DNA of 64,000 bases, taken from assembly GCA_022826885.1 (NCBI GenBank), contig JAJDUB010000073.1:65388-129387 (forward strand), read 5' to 3'. Positions 9,428-19,063 of this stretch are shown piece after piece. The notes below the pieces were generated by a model. That model was not told the origin of the DNA and searched no databases. It was given only the letters and a program-made list of their open reading frames with translations. Position numbers and translations under genes: made by a program. The stretch's first letter is position 1, and every line of letters begins with the position of its first letter. This DNA comes from Gammaproteobacteria bacterium. GTDB taxonomy: Bacteria; Pseudomonadota; Gammaproteobacteria; Eutrophobiales; Eutrophobiaceae.

Positions 9428-10300
9428 TTAATCTTTAATCAGGTCATCCAGGTATGAACGAAACTCTGCGCCGACCGCCTCATGTCTCAGCGCGTATTCA
9501 ACATTGGCTTTCATCAGTCCCAGGATTGAGCCGCAGTCGTAGCGCCGGCCCCGGAATTCACACAGGTACACATCTTCCTGTCCCAGCAGCGCCGCAATCG
9601 CATCGGTTAACTGGATCTCGTTTCCCGCCCCCCTGGGCGTGGTTTCCAGTAACGGCATGATCCGCGGCGTGAAGATATAACGCCCTACCACCGCCAGGGT
9701 CGAAGGCGCCTTGTCCGGGGCGGGTTTTTCCACGATTGATTTCATCCTGTTGATGCCGTCAACGCCGTTGTGTGTCTCAATGATCCCGTAACGGGAAACC
9801 TGCTCGCGGGCCACGTTCTCCACTGCCACCACACTGGCGTTTTTCTCCCGGTAAACGTCAACCATCTGCTGCAGGCAGGTGCGTTCATCGTGGTAAATCA
9901 GGTCGTCGGGCAGGATAACGGCAAACGGTTCATCGTCCAGCAGCGGCCTGGCGCACAGGACTGCATGGCCCAGCCCCAGGGGTTCATGCTGGATGACGTA
10001 ACGGCAAACCGTACCGGATGGGGGAATATTCTTCACCAGTTCAAGCAACTCCTGTTTCCCCCGCTGCTCAAGTTCCCTTTCCAGCCTCTCATTGGCCTGG
10101 AAATGATCCCGGATGATCCTTTTCGTTTCCGCAGTAACAAAAATCAGTTCCCTGATACCCGCGCTGAGCGCTTCCTCAACCGCGTGCTGAATAATGGGGC
10201 GGTCCACCAGGGTCAACATCTCCTTGGCGAGAACCTTCGTGGCCGGCAGTGTGCGGGTACCCAGGCCCGCAACCGGAAACACGGCCTTGTTAATTTCCAA
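9428..10300 (-). CDS. galU: UTP--glucose-1-phosphate uridylyltransferase
   Basis: 290 aa with KAVFPVAGLGTRTLPATKVLAKEML and VEKP motifs, typical of GalU. Confidence 0.93.
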   Translation of the reverse strand: MEINKAVFPVAGLGTRTLPATKVLAKEMLTLVDRPIIQHAVEEALSAGIRELIFVTAETKRIIRDHFQANERLERELEQRGKQELLELVKNIPPSGTVCRYVIQHEPLGLGHAVLCARPLLDDEPFAVILPDDLIYHDERTCLQQMVDVYREKNASVVAVENVAREQVSRYGIIETHNGVDGINRMKSIVEKPAPDKAPSTLAVVGRYIFTPRIMPLLETTPRGAGNEIQLTDAIAALLGQEDVYLCEFRGRRYDCGSILGLMKANVEYALRHEAVGAEFRSYLDDLIKD

Positions 10301-10314
10301 GCAGCACTCTCCGG

Positions 10315-12195
10315 CTATGCTACCTTGACAATATCAAGGGGCTGTTCATCAGCGCCGAGGGGAACAAGGTCGGCCAGAATTCTTATTATCTCGTCGTCAT
10401 CCGCATCCGCAAGGGCCCGTTCCAGGCGGGCTACCACCTGTTTGACCCTGTTCCAGTCAGCCGGGGCATGTTTTGCCCGAAACACTTTCTTGTTTCCGGT
10501 TTCTTCCTTGCCTTCACTGTCATAAAACAGTTCTTCGTACAATTTTTCGCCGGGCCGTAAACCCACATACTGAATTTCGATATCCTTGCCGGGTTCTTTT
10601 CCGGATAAACGGATCATCTGTTCGGCCAGGTAACCAATCCTGACCGGAGAACCCATATCCAGTACGAAAATACCTCCCTCTCCCTCCACCACGCTGGCCT
10701 GCAAAATCAACTGGCACGCTTCTCTTGCCGTCATGAAATAGCGGGTAATATCAGGATGGGTTACCGTCAGCGGCCCCCCTGCCCGTATCTGTTCCCTGAA
10801 TAACGGGACCACGCTGCCGTCCGAACCCAGCACGTTACCGAACCTGACGGTAATAAAACGCGTAGCGGAAACCGCGTTCATGCCTTCGCAGTAGATCTCA
10901 CCGGCGCGCTTGGTCATCCCGAGCATATTGGTGGGATTGACCGCTTTATCGGTGGAAATAAACACAAATTTGTCGCAATGGAATTTGCTCGCGGCCTCGG
11001 CGACGACCCTGGTGCCGATGATATTATTTTTTACGGCTTCACCGGGATGGGCCTGTAACAGGGAAACGTGCTTATACGAAGCTGCATGAAATATCAAGTC
11101 CGGGCGGTAGTTCCCGGTAATATTCTCAACCGCCCGTTGATCACAGACATCGCCCAGCACCGTGACCAGTCTGACCTGCGGATATTTCGTTTCCAGTTCC
11201 TGCTGTATCCGGTACAGGTTAAACTCACTGCGTTCAAAAACAATCAGCGCACTCGGCGCAAAGTTGGCAACCTGCCGGCAAAGCTCCGTTCCAATGGATC
11301 CGCCGCCGCCTGTGACCATGATGACCTTGCCGGACAATCCGGCCTGCATCATGTCCCGGTCCAGTTCGATTTTTTCCCTTCCCAGCAGGTCCTCGATGGA
11401 GACTTCCTGTATGGCATTCACGGTCACCTGTCCTGAAATCAAATCCTCGAGCCTGGGCAGGGTTTTAAATGCCGTATTAGCGCTCTCACAGATCGCGACC
11501 AGTCTTTGCATTCTTTCCGATGACAATGAAGGGATAGCTATGATAACCAGGTCGACAGCATGCTTGTTTACGACCTCCGGAATTTCATCGAAAACGCCCA
11601 ATACCCGTATACCATGAATTTCCCGGCCTGTTTTATCCGGATCATCATCAATCAGACCCACGGGCAGGTATTGCGCCCGGCTGTGCCTTAACATATCCCT
11701 CAGCAATCTTCCTCCGGCATCACCGGCGCCGATCACCAGAACCCGCTTGCCGCTGCTGATTCCCACCCGGTGGTCTTTCAGGTATCGATAGATGATCCTG
11801 TCTCCCCCGAGAAAAGCGAACAACAGGATTGCATACAGCGGAATTACCGTCCTGGGCACCGCTTCCATCCTGGTGACGAGGAAAACCGCCAGCGTGATGA
11901 TTAAGACCCCGAGAAAAATCGATTTGCCGATGCGCACAAGATCGGGCAGGGAAGCAAAGCGCCAGATACCGCGATACAGCCCGAAAATCACATAGCTGAA
12001 CGCCTGGCAGACAATGACTACCGGCAACACCAGGGTCGCAGTTCGCAGGAATTCTTCAGGAATGGTACCCAGGTTGAACCTCAACCAGTATGCCAGGTAC
12101 CACGCCACCGGGATCATCAATACATCATGCAGAAATATGGTTACCCGCCCGTAGGATTGCAACATGGATGACTTTTTGCCTTTTTTATCGTTCAT
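10315..12195 (-). CDS. membrane-bound nucleotide-sugar 4,6-dehydratase (CapD/WbpM/PglF family)
   Basis: 626 aa. It has about four N-terminal TM helices, a first Rossmann region (VLVIGAGDAGG), then the SDR catalytic domain (VTGGGGSIGTEL ... YKHVSL..MGMTKRAGE). Confidence 0.88.
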   Translation of the reverse strand: MNDKKGKKSSMLQSYGRVTIFLHDVLMIPVAWYLAYWLRFNLGTIPEEFLRTATLVLPVVIVCQAFSYVIFGLYRGIWRFASLPDLVRIGKSIFLGVLIITLAVFLVTRMEAVPRTVIPLYAILLFAFLGGDRIIYRYLKDHRVGISSGKRVLVIGAGDAGGRLLRDMLRHSRAQYLPVGLIDDDPDKTGREIHGIRVLGVFDEIPEVVNKHAVDLVIIAIPSLSSERMQRLVAICESANTAFKTLPRLEDLISGQVTVNAIQEVSIEDLLGREKIELDRDMMQAGLSGKVIMVTGGGGSIGTELCRQVANFAPSALIVFERSEFNLYRIQQELETKYPQVRLVTVLGDVCDQRAVENITGNYRPDLIFHAASYKHVSLLQAHPGEAVKNNIIGTRVVAEAASKFHCDKFVFISTDKAVNPTNMLGMTKRAGEIYCEGMNAVSATRFITVRFGNVLGSDGSVVPLFREQIRAGGPLTVTHPDITRYFMTAREACQLILQASVVEGEGGIFVLDMGSPVRIGYLAEQMIRLSGKEPGKDIEIQYVGLRPGEKLYEELFYDSEGKEETGNKKVFRAKHAPADWNRVKQVVARLERALADADDDEIIRILADLVPLGADEQPLDIVKVA

Positions 12196-12267
12196 TACAT
12201 ACTGAAACCTGCACCGGCGTTCGCCGGTATCATACTACAGCCGGGTGCTGAGTAATAGTGAACGGAA

Positions 12268-13257
12268 TTGGCTTACTCGCCCTTCATACCTTATTATCAG
12301 CACTTCATGCTAAACCTGCAGGAAATAACCGAACCATCCCGCCATGGCGACCTGCCGGAAGGGATCAGCGTGGTTATGGTGTCATACTGGACCGGTCCCG
12401 TCTTGTCCGAGGCCATCGAGGCGGTGCTTGCGCCGGAGCAGGCAGCCGTAGTCGAACTCATAGTGGTCGACAACGGCAATCCGCCGGCAGTCACCCGGGA
12501 ACTTGCCCAGCGGGCAGGGGAGGAAGCGCGGCTGACACTCATCAGCGGTCACGGCAACGTCGGGTTCGCGCGCGGCTGCAACATCGGCGCGCGCCGGGCC
12601 AGGGGTCGCTACCTGTTGCTGTTGAACCCGGACTGCCGCCTCAGCCCCGGCGCGCTCCCCGCCTTGCTGGCTGAAGCCGAAAGCCTGGGCCATGACTGGA
12701 TGCTGGGCTGCCGCGTGCTCAACCCCGACGGGAGCGACCAACGCGGATCGCGGCGCGCCCTGCTCACTCCGTACACTGCCCTGGTTGAAACATTCCGTCT
12801 TGACAGGCTGGCGCCGGGGTTGTTGCGCCGCTACCGGCTCAACTGTCATGACAGCCCGCTCCCTGCAGAGACCAGTTGCGTGCCGGCCATCAGCGGCGCT
12901 TGCATGATGCTGCCGGCCGCGACTTTCCATGCCGCAGGCGGCATGGACGAGGGTTATTTTCTGCATGTGGACGATCTCGACCTCTGCTTCAGGCTGCACA
13001 GGACCGGAATCCCGATCTATTTCACGCCGCACGTGGAAGCAATCCATCACGCCGGCAGCAGCCGAATCAACCCGGTGCAGGTGGAGTGGCACAAGATGCG
13101 CGGCTTCCTGCGTTATTTCCGCGTGCATTACCACGGCCTGCGCTGGTTGCCTGTACTCGGACCCCTGGCCGCCGGTATCCTGTTCCGGTTCGTGGTAAAG
13201 GTAATACAATCACTGTTCCACCAGGCGCGGCACGGGACACATGACGCCCGCCGCTGA
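12268..13257 (+). CDS. family 2 glycosyltransferase
   Basis: 329 aa with VSVVMVSYWTGPVL..LIVVDNGNP..LLLNPDC, a GT-A/GT2 signature. ATG at 12307 is an alternative start. The 3' end overlaps the next gene by 17 nt. Confidence 0.8.
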   Translation: MAYSPFIPYYQHFMLNLQEITEPSRHGDLPEGISVVMVSYWTGPVLSEAIEAVLAPEQAAVVELIVVDNGNPPAVTRELAQRAGEEARLTLISGHGNVGFARGCNIGARRARGRYLLLLNPDCRLSPGALPALLAEAESLGHDWMLGCRVLNPDGSDQRGSRRALLTPYTALVETFRLDRLAPGLLRRYRLNCHDSPLPAETSCVPAISGACMMLPAATFHAAGGMDEGYFLHVDDLDLCFRLHRTGIPIYFTPHVEAIHHAGSSRINPVQVEWHKMRGFLRYFRVHYHGLRWLPVLGPLAAGILFRFVVKVIQSLFHQARHGTHDARR

Positions 13258-14131
13258 CACCGGGATAAGCAGAGAACGCTTCGCCGTCATTCTCGGCGCG
13301 ACCAGTCTGGTAGGCCGGTACCTCGCGCAGCGTCTGGCCGACCGCGGATTCAGGGGATTATGCCTCACTCGCCATACCGGGCCTGCCCCCTTTGAAGCGC
13401 CTCCCGGCTTCTCCTGGAACACGGTATCCGAAGGAGAAAATCTGGACATTCCCGCCTCTGCAACCTTGTTCTCCCTCACTCCCGTCACGGCGCTACCGGC
13501 CCTCATCAATCTCATCGCCGGAGGAAACCGGTTGATCGCGCTGAGTTCATCCAGTGTCGTTTTCAAAGCGCAAAGTTCCAGTCCCGGTGAGCGGGATCAG
13601 GCACAGGCACAGGGGCGGGCCGAGAAGCGGGTCCAATCGCTCTGTCATAATCGGGGGATCGCCTGGACGCTGTTTCGGCCTGCCCTGATTTACGACCCGG
13701 GACGCGACCGCAACGTGAGCAGGATCGCAACCTTCGTGCGGCGTTTCGGGTTTTTCCCGGTAGTGTGGCCGGGCACCGGATACTGCCAGCCTATCCACGC
13801 CGGCGACGTGGCTCAGGCCATGGTCGCCGCCTCAAATGCTGCCCGTGCAAGAGACACGCTCTTCGACCTGCCCGGTGGCGAAACGCTGACCTACCGCGAG
13901 ATGGTCCGCAGGATTTTCGCATCCCTGGGGAGACGCCCCGTGCTTGTCTACCTGCCGCTCAGTTTTGCCCGCGCTGCGTTTTACCTGTGGCAGACACTGA
14001 CAGGCGAAAAATACAGCAGCGCGAGCCTGGAGCGGATGAATATGGCGCTTACCCTGGACCCGACCCCGGTACGGGAGCATTTCGGCATTACAAGCAGGCC
14101 GTTTCGTCCCGAATTTCCCGACCTGAAGTAA
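13241..14131 (+). CDS. NAD(P)-dependent epimerase/reductase (SDR family)
   Basis: 296 aa with the Rossmann motif ILGATSLVGRYLAQRL. The context with the WbpM-like dehydratase suggests, but does not prove, a 4-keto-6-deoxy-HexNAc reductase role. Confidence 0.6.
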   Translation: MTPAADTGISRERFAVILGATSLVGRYLAQRLADRGFRGLCLTRHTGPAPFEAPPGFSWNTVSEGENLDIPASATLFSLTPVTALPALINLIAGGNRLIALSSSSVVFKAQSSSPGERDQAQAQGRAEKRVQSLCHNRGIAWTLFRPALIYDPGRDRNVSRIATFVRRFGFFPVVWPGTGYCQPIHAGDVAQAMVAASNAARARDTLFDLPGGETLTYREMVRRIFASLGRRPVLVYLPLSFARAAFYLWQTLTGEKYSSASLERMNMALTLDPTPVREHFGITSRPFRPEFPDLK

Positions 14132-14137
14132 CCGAAT

Positions 14138-14161
14138 GGGGACGGATTTAAATCCGTCCCC
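14138..14161. repeat. REP-like perfect palindrome GGGGACGGATTTAAATCCGTCCCC
   Basis: A 24-nt perfect palindrome. It starts 7 nt after the SDR stop and overlaps the last codons and stop of the convergent rmlA gene. Confidence 0.7.
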
Positions 14162-15047
14162 GGTTGTGCAGCTCAAGCTCATCCGCCAGTCGCAGCAGGT
14201 ATTCGCCGTAGCCGTTCTTGCGCAGTTCATGGCCGATAGCAACCAGTTCCTCGCGGCTGATCCAGCCGTTCAGGTAAGCGATCTCCTCGGGAACGGCGAT
14301 ACGCTGGTTCTGGCGCTTCTCTACGGTCTGGACAAAACCGGCAGCCTCAACCAGGCTGTCATGCGTCCCCGTGTCGAACCAGGCAAACCCGCGGCCCAGC
14401 AACTCCACGCGCAGGTCGCCGCGTTCCAGGTAACGTTCGTTGACAGAGGTGATCTCCAGTTCTCCCCGGGCACTCGGCTTGATGTCCGTAGCGATGTTGA
14501 CGATATCGTTGTCGTAGAAGTACAGTCCCGTCACCGCCCAGTGAGAGCGCGGGAGCGTCGGTTTTTCCTCGATGGAGGTTGCCCGGCCAGCCTCGTCGAA
14601 GGAAACTACCCCATAGCGTTCGGGATCGCGAACCTGAATAGCAAACACCGTGGCTCCATGCTGCTGAGAAGCCGCCAGATGCAACTTATCCGTCAAACCG
14701 TGCCCATAAAAAATATTGTCACCGAGAGCCAGGGCACAGGAGTCGTCCCCGATGAATTCCCTGCCGATCAGGAAGGCCTGGGCCAACCCGTCAGGGCTCG
14801 ACTGTACGGCGTAGCGCAGCGACAGACCCCAACGGCTCCCGTCGCCAAGGAGTCGCTGGAAGTCGGGCCCTTGTTGCGGCGTGGTGATTACCAGGATGTC
14901 CCGGATTCCCGCCAGCATCAGGACGCTTAACGGGTAGTAGATCATTGGCTTGTCGTAGATGGGCAGGAGTTGTTTGCTCACCACGCTGGTCACGGGATAG
15001 AGTCGCGTGCCTTCTCCCCCGGCGAGGATGATACCCTTGTATTTCAT
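14148..15047 (-). CDS. rmlA: glucose-1-phosphate thymidylyltransferase
   Basis: 299 aa starting [41 protein letters not shown], textbook RmlA. Overlaps rmlD by 4 nt. Confidence 0.96.
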   Translation of the reverse strand: MKYKGIILAGGEGTRLYPVTSVVSKQLLPIYDKPMIYYPLSVLMLAGIRDILVITTPQQGPDFQRLLGDGSRWGLSLRYAVQSSPDGLAQAFLIGREFIGDDSCALALGDNIFYGHGLTDKLHLAASQQHGATVFAIQVRDPERYGVVSFDEAGRATSIEEKPTLPRSHWAVTGLYFYDNDIVNIATDIKPSARGELEITSVNERYLERGDLRVELLGRGFAWFDTGTHDSLVEAAGFVQTVEKRQNQRIAVPEEIAYLNGWISREELVAIGHELRKNGYGEYLLRLADELELHNRGRI

Positions 15048-15949
15048 ATGCCTTCCCTCAGGCAGAGTTCCGCGACCAGTCTTTGTACATGGAACTGCCA
15101 GGGGGGTGGGTAAATTCCGAATGTATCGGTTAATTTCTGCGTATCAAGGCGAGAATTCAGTGGACGTTTTGCCGCTGAGCGATACCGGGCAGTCGAAACA
15201 GGGTGTACATTTTGCGAACGCAGGCGCCGTTTATTGCTGAGACTGTGCATCTGATCAAGCAGATAGCAGGCAAAACCGTGCCAGCTTGTCGAACCGGAGG
15301 CAGTCAGATGGAAGACACCCGCCACCTGCCCTCCGAATTCACCACCGTGCGATACCCGATACAGACAGGTAGCGGTTGCATCCGCAATAAATTCGGCACT
15401 GGTAGGCGCGCCGACCTGGTCGGCAACTATTTCCAGCCTGTCCTTCTCGCCGGCAAGGCGCATGATAGTTTTAACGAAATTGGAGCCACGCGCCGAGTAT
15501 ACCCAACTGGTGCGGAAAATCAGGTGAGAGCACCGACTCTCCTGTAAAGCTATCTCTCCTTGAAGCTTGGTCCTGCCGTAGGTATTGAGTGGACCGGGCT
15601 TGTCGGTTTCGGAATATATGCCCGACTTTTCGCCGTCAAAGACATAATCCGTGGAATAGTGAAGCAGCCATATATTGCGGCGCTTTGCCTCATTCGCCAT
15701 CAGTTCAACGGCTTTCGCATTGATAGTTTCCGCTTTGTCCGGTTCGGATTCGGCTTTGTCTACGGCCGTGTAGGCAGCGGCGTTGACTACGACATCCGGA
15801 CTGTAATCATGAATCGCCGCTCTCACGGCGCGTGGGTTCTCCAGGTCCACGGTCTGCCGGTTGCAGGCTTGCAAGGAACCCAGAGGGGCCAGCGACCGCT
15901 GCAATTCCCAACCCACCTGTCCGTTGGAACCGAACAACAATATCTTCAC
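15044..15949 (-). CDS. rmlD: dTDP-4-dehydrorhamnose reductase
   Basis: 301 aa with [16 protein letters not shown].., [12 protein letters not shown] and STDYVFDG, typical RmlD. It has 4-nt overlaps on both sides. Confidence 0.93.
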   Translation of the reverse strand: MKILLFGSNGQVGWELQRSLAPLGSLQACNRQTVDLENPRAVRAAIHDYSPDVVVNAAAYTAVDKAESEPDKAETINAKAVELMANEAKRRNIWLLHYSTDYVFDGEKSGIYSETDKPGPLNTYGRTKLQGEIALQESRCSHLIFRTSWVYSARGSNFVKTIMRLAGEKDRLEIVADQVGAPTSAEFIADATATCLYRVSHGGEFGGQVAGVFHLTASGSTSWHGFACYLLDQMHSLSNKRRLRSQNVHPVSTARYRSAAKRPLNSRLDTQKLTDTFGIYPPPWQFHVQRLVAELCLREGI

Positions 15950-17004
15950 CGGTATTGTTTCCTGACCCAGTTATGATAGTCGCCGCCGGTAGTCGCGGCT
16001 ACCCAATCCTGGTTTTCCAGGTACCATGATACGGTCTTGCGAATACCCGACTCGACCGTTTCTGACGCCCTCCAGCCGAGGTCCCGTTGAATCCTGGAGG
16101 AGTCCATGGCATAACGCCGGTCATGTCCGGGCCTGTCCTTAACGAGAGTGATCAGGGATTTATAGGATTCAGCACCGTTTCCGGGGCGTATTTCGTCCAG
16201 AATTTCACAAAGCATATTCGCAATCTCAAGATTGGTCTTTTCGTTATTGCCTCCGATATTGTAAACCTCTCCGACTTCACCCGCTTCAAGAACCTGCCTG
16301 ATGGCGGCACAGTGATCGCGCACATAGAGCCAGTCACGCACCTGCCTGCCGTCGCCGTACAGGGGTAGTGATTTTTGTGCAAGAGCATTGTGGATAAACA
16401 ATGGAATCAGTTTCTCGGGAAACTGAAACGGACCATAATTATTGGAACAGTTAGTGGTGAGCACAGGCAGTCCATAGGTATGATGAAATGCGCGAACCAG
16501 GTGATCGGAAGCAGCCTTGCTGGCGCTGTAGGGATTGTTTGGCTTGTAGCTGTTGTCTTCCGTAAAAGCCGGCTCGTCGGGTTCAAGCGCGCCATACACC
16601 TCATCGGTAGACACATGCAGGAAACGGAACCCGGCCTTTTCCGTCTCCGGCAGTTCACTCCAGTGACTCAAGATGTTATTCAACAACCTGTAGACGCCGA
16701 CGACGTTAGTCCCGATAAAATCCTCCGCGCAGTGAATGGAGCGATCAACATGTGATTCAGCGGCAAAGTTGATGACCGCGCGGGGTTTGTATTCAGCCAG
16801 CAGTTTCGGGATTAAGGCAGAATCGCCAATATCTCCCTGGATGAAGGCATAGTTCTGATTGTCTTCAACGGAGGTCAGGTTTCGCAGATTACCGGCATAA
16901 GTGAGCTTATCCAGGTTGACTACAACTTCGTTTCGGGTTTGCAGCCAGTCAATTATAAAATTCGCACCGATAAAACCGGCGCCTCCGGTAACGAGAATAG
17001 TCAT
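15946..17004 (-). CDS. rmlB: dTDP-glucose 4,6-dehydratase
   Basis: 352 aa with ILVTGGAGFIGANF, HVSTDEVYG and YSASKAASDHLV, typical RmlB. Confidence 0.96.
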   Translation of the reverse strand: MTILVTGGAGFIGANFIIDWLQTRNEVVVNLDKLTYAGNLRNLTSVEDNQNYAFIQGDIGDSALIPKLLAEYKPRAVINFAAESHVDRSIHCAEDFIGTNVVGVYRLLNNILSHWSELPETEKAGFRFLHVSTDEVYGALEPDEPAFTEDNSYKPNNPYSASKAASDHLVRAFHHTYGLPVLTTNCSNNYGPFQFPEKLIPLFIHNALAQKSLPLYGDGRQVRDWLYVRDHCAAIRQVLEAGEVGEVYNIGGNNEKTNLEIANMLCEILDEIRPGNGAESYKSLITLVKDRPGHDRRYAMDSSRIQRDLGWRASETVESGIRKTVSWYLENQDWVAATTGGDYHNWVRKQYR

Positions 17005-17080
17005 GGAACCTGTATCTTATACTGTAAGCTGTCAGGCATGAAAGATATGGCAGGAGCGATAGTACTGATGACCGTACCGG

Positions 17081-17635
17081 CTATTCAAACGGCGTGATGA
17101 GTTCGGCAAGTCGCGGATGTCTACCATCCTTGTTCGAAAGAACGGCTTCCTCGTCAGAAATTGGCCAGTTTATCCCAAGCGCGGGGTCATTCCACAGCAG
17201 CCCCTTGTCGTGGTCAGGCGCATAATAATTGCTGACCTTGTATATCACCTCGGTGTCCGGTTCAAGCGTCATGAATCCATGAGCAAAGCCGATCGGAACC
17301 AGGATCTGGTTCCAGGCCTCCGCCGAAAGCACGGCGCTGACATGCCGGGCGTAAGTCGGCGAGCCTTGACGCAAATCAACAGCAACATCGAACACCGAGC
17401 CGCGCGCCACGCGCACCAGTTTGTCCTGGGCGAAGGGCGGTGTCTGGAAATGCAACCCGCGCACCGTTCCCTTATCAGCCGAGTAAGAGTGGTTGTCTTG
17501 CACGAAGTCGATGTCGATCCCAACCGCGGCGAGCGTTTTTCTGTTATATGTCTCGGAAAAGAAACCGCGCCGGTCGCCGTGCTTCCCGGGGCTCAGCAAC
17601 CTCACATCGGGGATGTTCAAATGTTCAACCTGCAT
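17081..17635 (-). CDS. rmlC: dTDP-4-dehydrorhamnose 3,5-epimerase
   Basis: 184 aa with GDRRGFFSETY, VRGLHFQ and YAPDHDKGLLWNDP, typical RmlC. Confidence 0.95.
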   Translation of the reverse strand: MQVEHLNIPDVRLLSPGKHGDRRGFFSETYNRKTLAAVGIDIDFVQDNHSYSADKGTVRGLHFQTPPFAQDKLVRVARGSVFDVAVDLRQGSPTYARHVSAVLSAEAWNQILVPIGFAHGFMTLEPDTEVIYKVSNYYAPDHDKGLLWNDPALGINWPISDEEAVLSNKDGRHPRLAELITPFE

Positions 17636-17637
17636 TC

Positions 17638-18297
17638 CTAATCCGGCAACAGACGATAGAAGGACCGTATCCCATGTTTTGAAAGATAGAGCGGCCGGTA
17701 GGCGGTGATATTATTAAAACCACAGGTGGTAAACAGCCTGAAATATGATGTTTCAGTATGCCAGAAAGAGTTTCTGTTGGAGACGGAAGCCATGGGATTA
17801 TCCTTTTCAGGGTACAGGATCCCCTCATACCCGTTTAATTGTACCAGCGAGTGTTGCCATTCATCCACAGGGAAACGGACCACCTGATCCGGGCAATATA
17901 CCTGTGTATCAACCAGAACTTCCTTCCCCCGGCAGCGCCGCAGAAGCGCGATCTGATCATCGAGTTCAAAGTGGTAAAGTAAACCGAAAATCAGCACGAC
18001 GTCATAGGCCTCCAGGTTGAACTCGCGTACATCTTTGTGGATAAAGTGAATTCCCTGTTTTTCTATATCTTCGGGCACGCGTTCGTCGCGGCCGTCTACC
18101 GCGAACACCTCAGCGCCGAACTCCCTGGCAATGCGGGCAAACGCACACGGGCCCGCGCCCAGGTCGGCCACCCACTTGCCCGATACATTAACCTCACCGG
18201 TCAGCAACCTGCGAAAAATTTTATGGCGCAGGTGTCCTTCGTCCTGGTGTTTACCCAATTCCAGGGTGGTTATTTTCAGTTGATCACTGCCGGCCAT
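17638..18297 (-). CDS. class I SAM-dependent methyltransferase
   Basis: 219 aa with the motif I-like VADLGAGPCAFARIAREFGAEVFAVD and the downstream DVVLIFGLLYH. Confidence 0.75.
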   Translation of the reverse strand: MAGSDQLKITTLELGKHQDEGHLRHKIFRRLLTGEVNVSGKWVADLGAGPCAFARIAREFGAEVFAVDGRDERVPEDIEKQGIHFIHKDVREFNLEAYDVVLIFGLLYHFELDDQIALLRRCRGKEVLVDTQVYCPDQVVRFPVDEWQHSLVQLNGYEGILYPEKDNPMASVSNRNSFWHTETSYFRLFTTCGFNNITAYRPLYLSKHGIRSFYRLLPD

Positions 18298-18358
18298 GGT
18301 TCCCGTTGCGACTCAGTTTCCCGGTGTCCGGATTTTGCACATGTTCCACGTGCATCGT

Positions 18359-19018
18359 TTATGCTCTCACCATTGAAAATTCTTTACACCAGAACTGCAT
18401 CGCTTCAATCCATATGTTGTCCAGGGAGGTGAAGTAAACAAAATCTGAATCTCCGGTCACTGCATCAGCCGCCTCGATTTGCAAAATATGGGCGCGGGGT
18501 TGCGCCTCGCCGAAGCGCTGCAACAAGTCACGCCCGTACACGCGATAATGATAGTGCTCTTCCGGTTTAGGGTAACCCCATTCTTTTGTCCCGGCATGAT
18601 GTTTCGGATTTGGTACCGAGAACTGAAGGAAGCCCGTAGGCTTGAGAATGCGCAAGATTTCGCGGAATGCCTGACGGTCATTTTCAACATGTTCCAGGAT
18701 ATGGTTGCAGATCACGATATCATACAACCCGTCTTCACGCTCTATCTGCTGTAAGTCCAGGGAATTACGCGAATCGTAGATTGAAACTTCGAAACCACCG
18801 AACCATTTTTCTTCCACTGTAGGCTCCTCACTGAACTGCAAAACCTGTTTCTGCCCGAATATCTCTACGGGAATGCAACTCCATACACGGCGAATTAACC
18901 TGTGACGTTCCAGTGATCCGCAATCGGCACATACCGGCAACTTTCCCGTTCGGGATTTTCTTCCGTAAGGCCCCTCCTTGAACAGGATACCACCGCAGAT
19001 ATTGCACTCTATAGCCAT
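18359..19018 (-). CDS. SAM-dependent methyltransferase with N-terminal Cys4 zinc ribbon
   Basis: 219 aa. CNICGG..(19)..CADCGSLERHR forms a Cys4 ribbon, followed by DIVICNHILEHVENDRQAFREILRILKPTGFLQFSVP (Methyltransf_11-like). Confidence 0.75.
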   Translation of the reverse strand: MAIECNICGGILFKEGPYGRKSRTGKLPVCADCGSLERHRLIRRVWSCIPVEIFGQKQVLQFSEEPTVEEKWFGGFEVSIYDSRNSLDLQQIEREDGLYDIVICNHILEHVENDRQAFREILRILKPTGFLQFSVPNPKHHAGTKEWGYPKPEEHYHYRVYGRDLLQRFGEAQPRAHILQIEAADAVTGDSDFVYFTSLDNIWIEAMQFWCKEFSMVRA

Positions 19019-19063
19019 AAACCTGTTAAATTCACGCTTCAGCCAATGTAGAGGTGTGGGACG

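Noticed and set aside
12382-13209. A 275-aa minus-strand ORF and other ORFs overlapping the GT2 gene.
   Set aside because: They are antisense to a GT2 gene with clear motifs in a region of about 70% GC. They are shadow ORFs.
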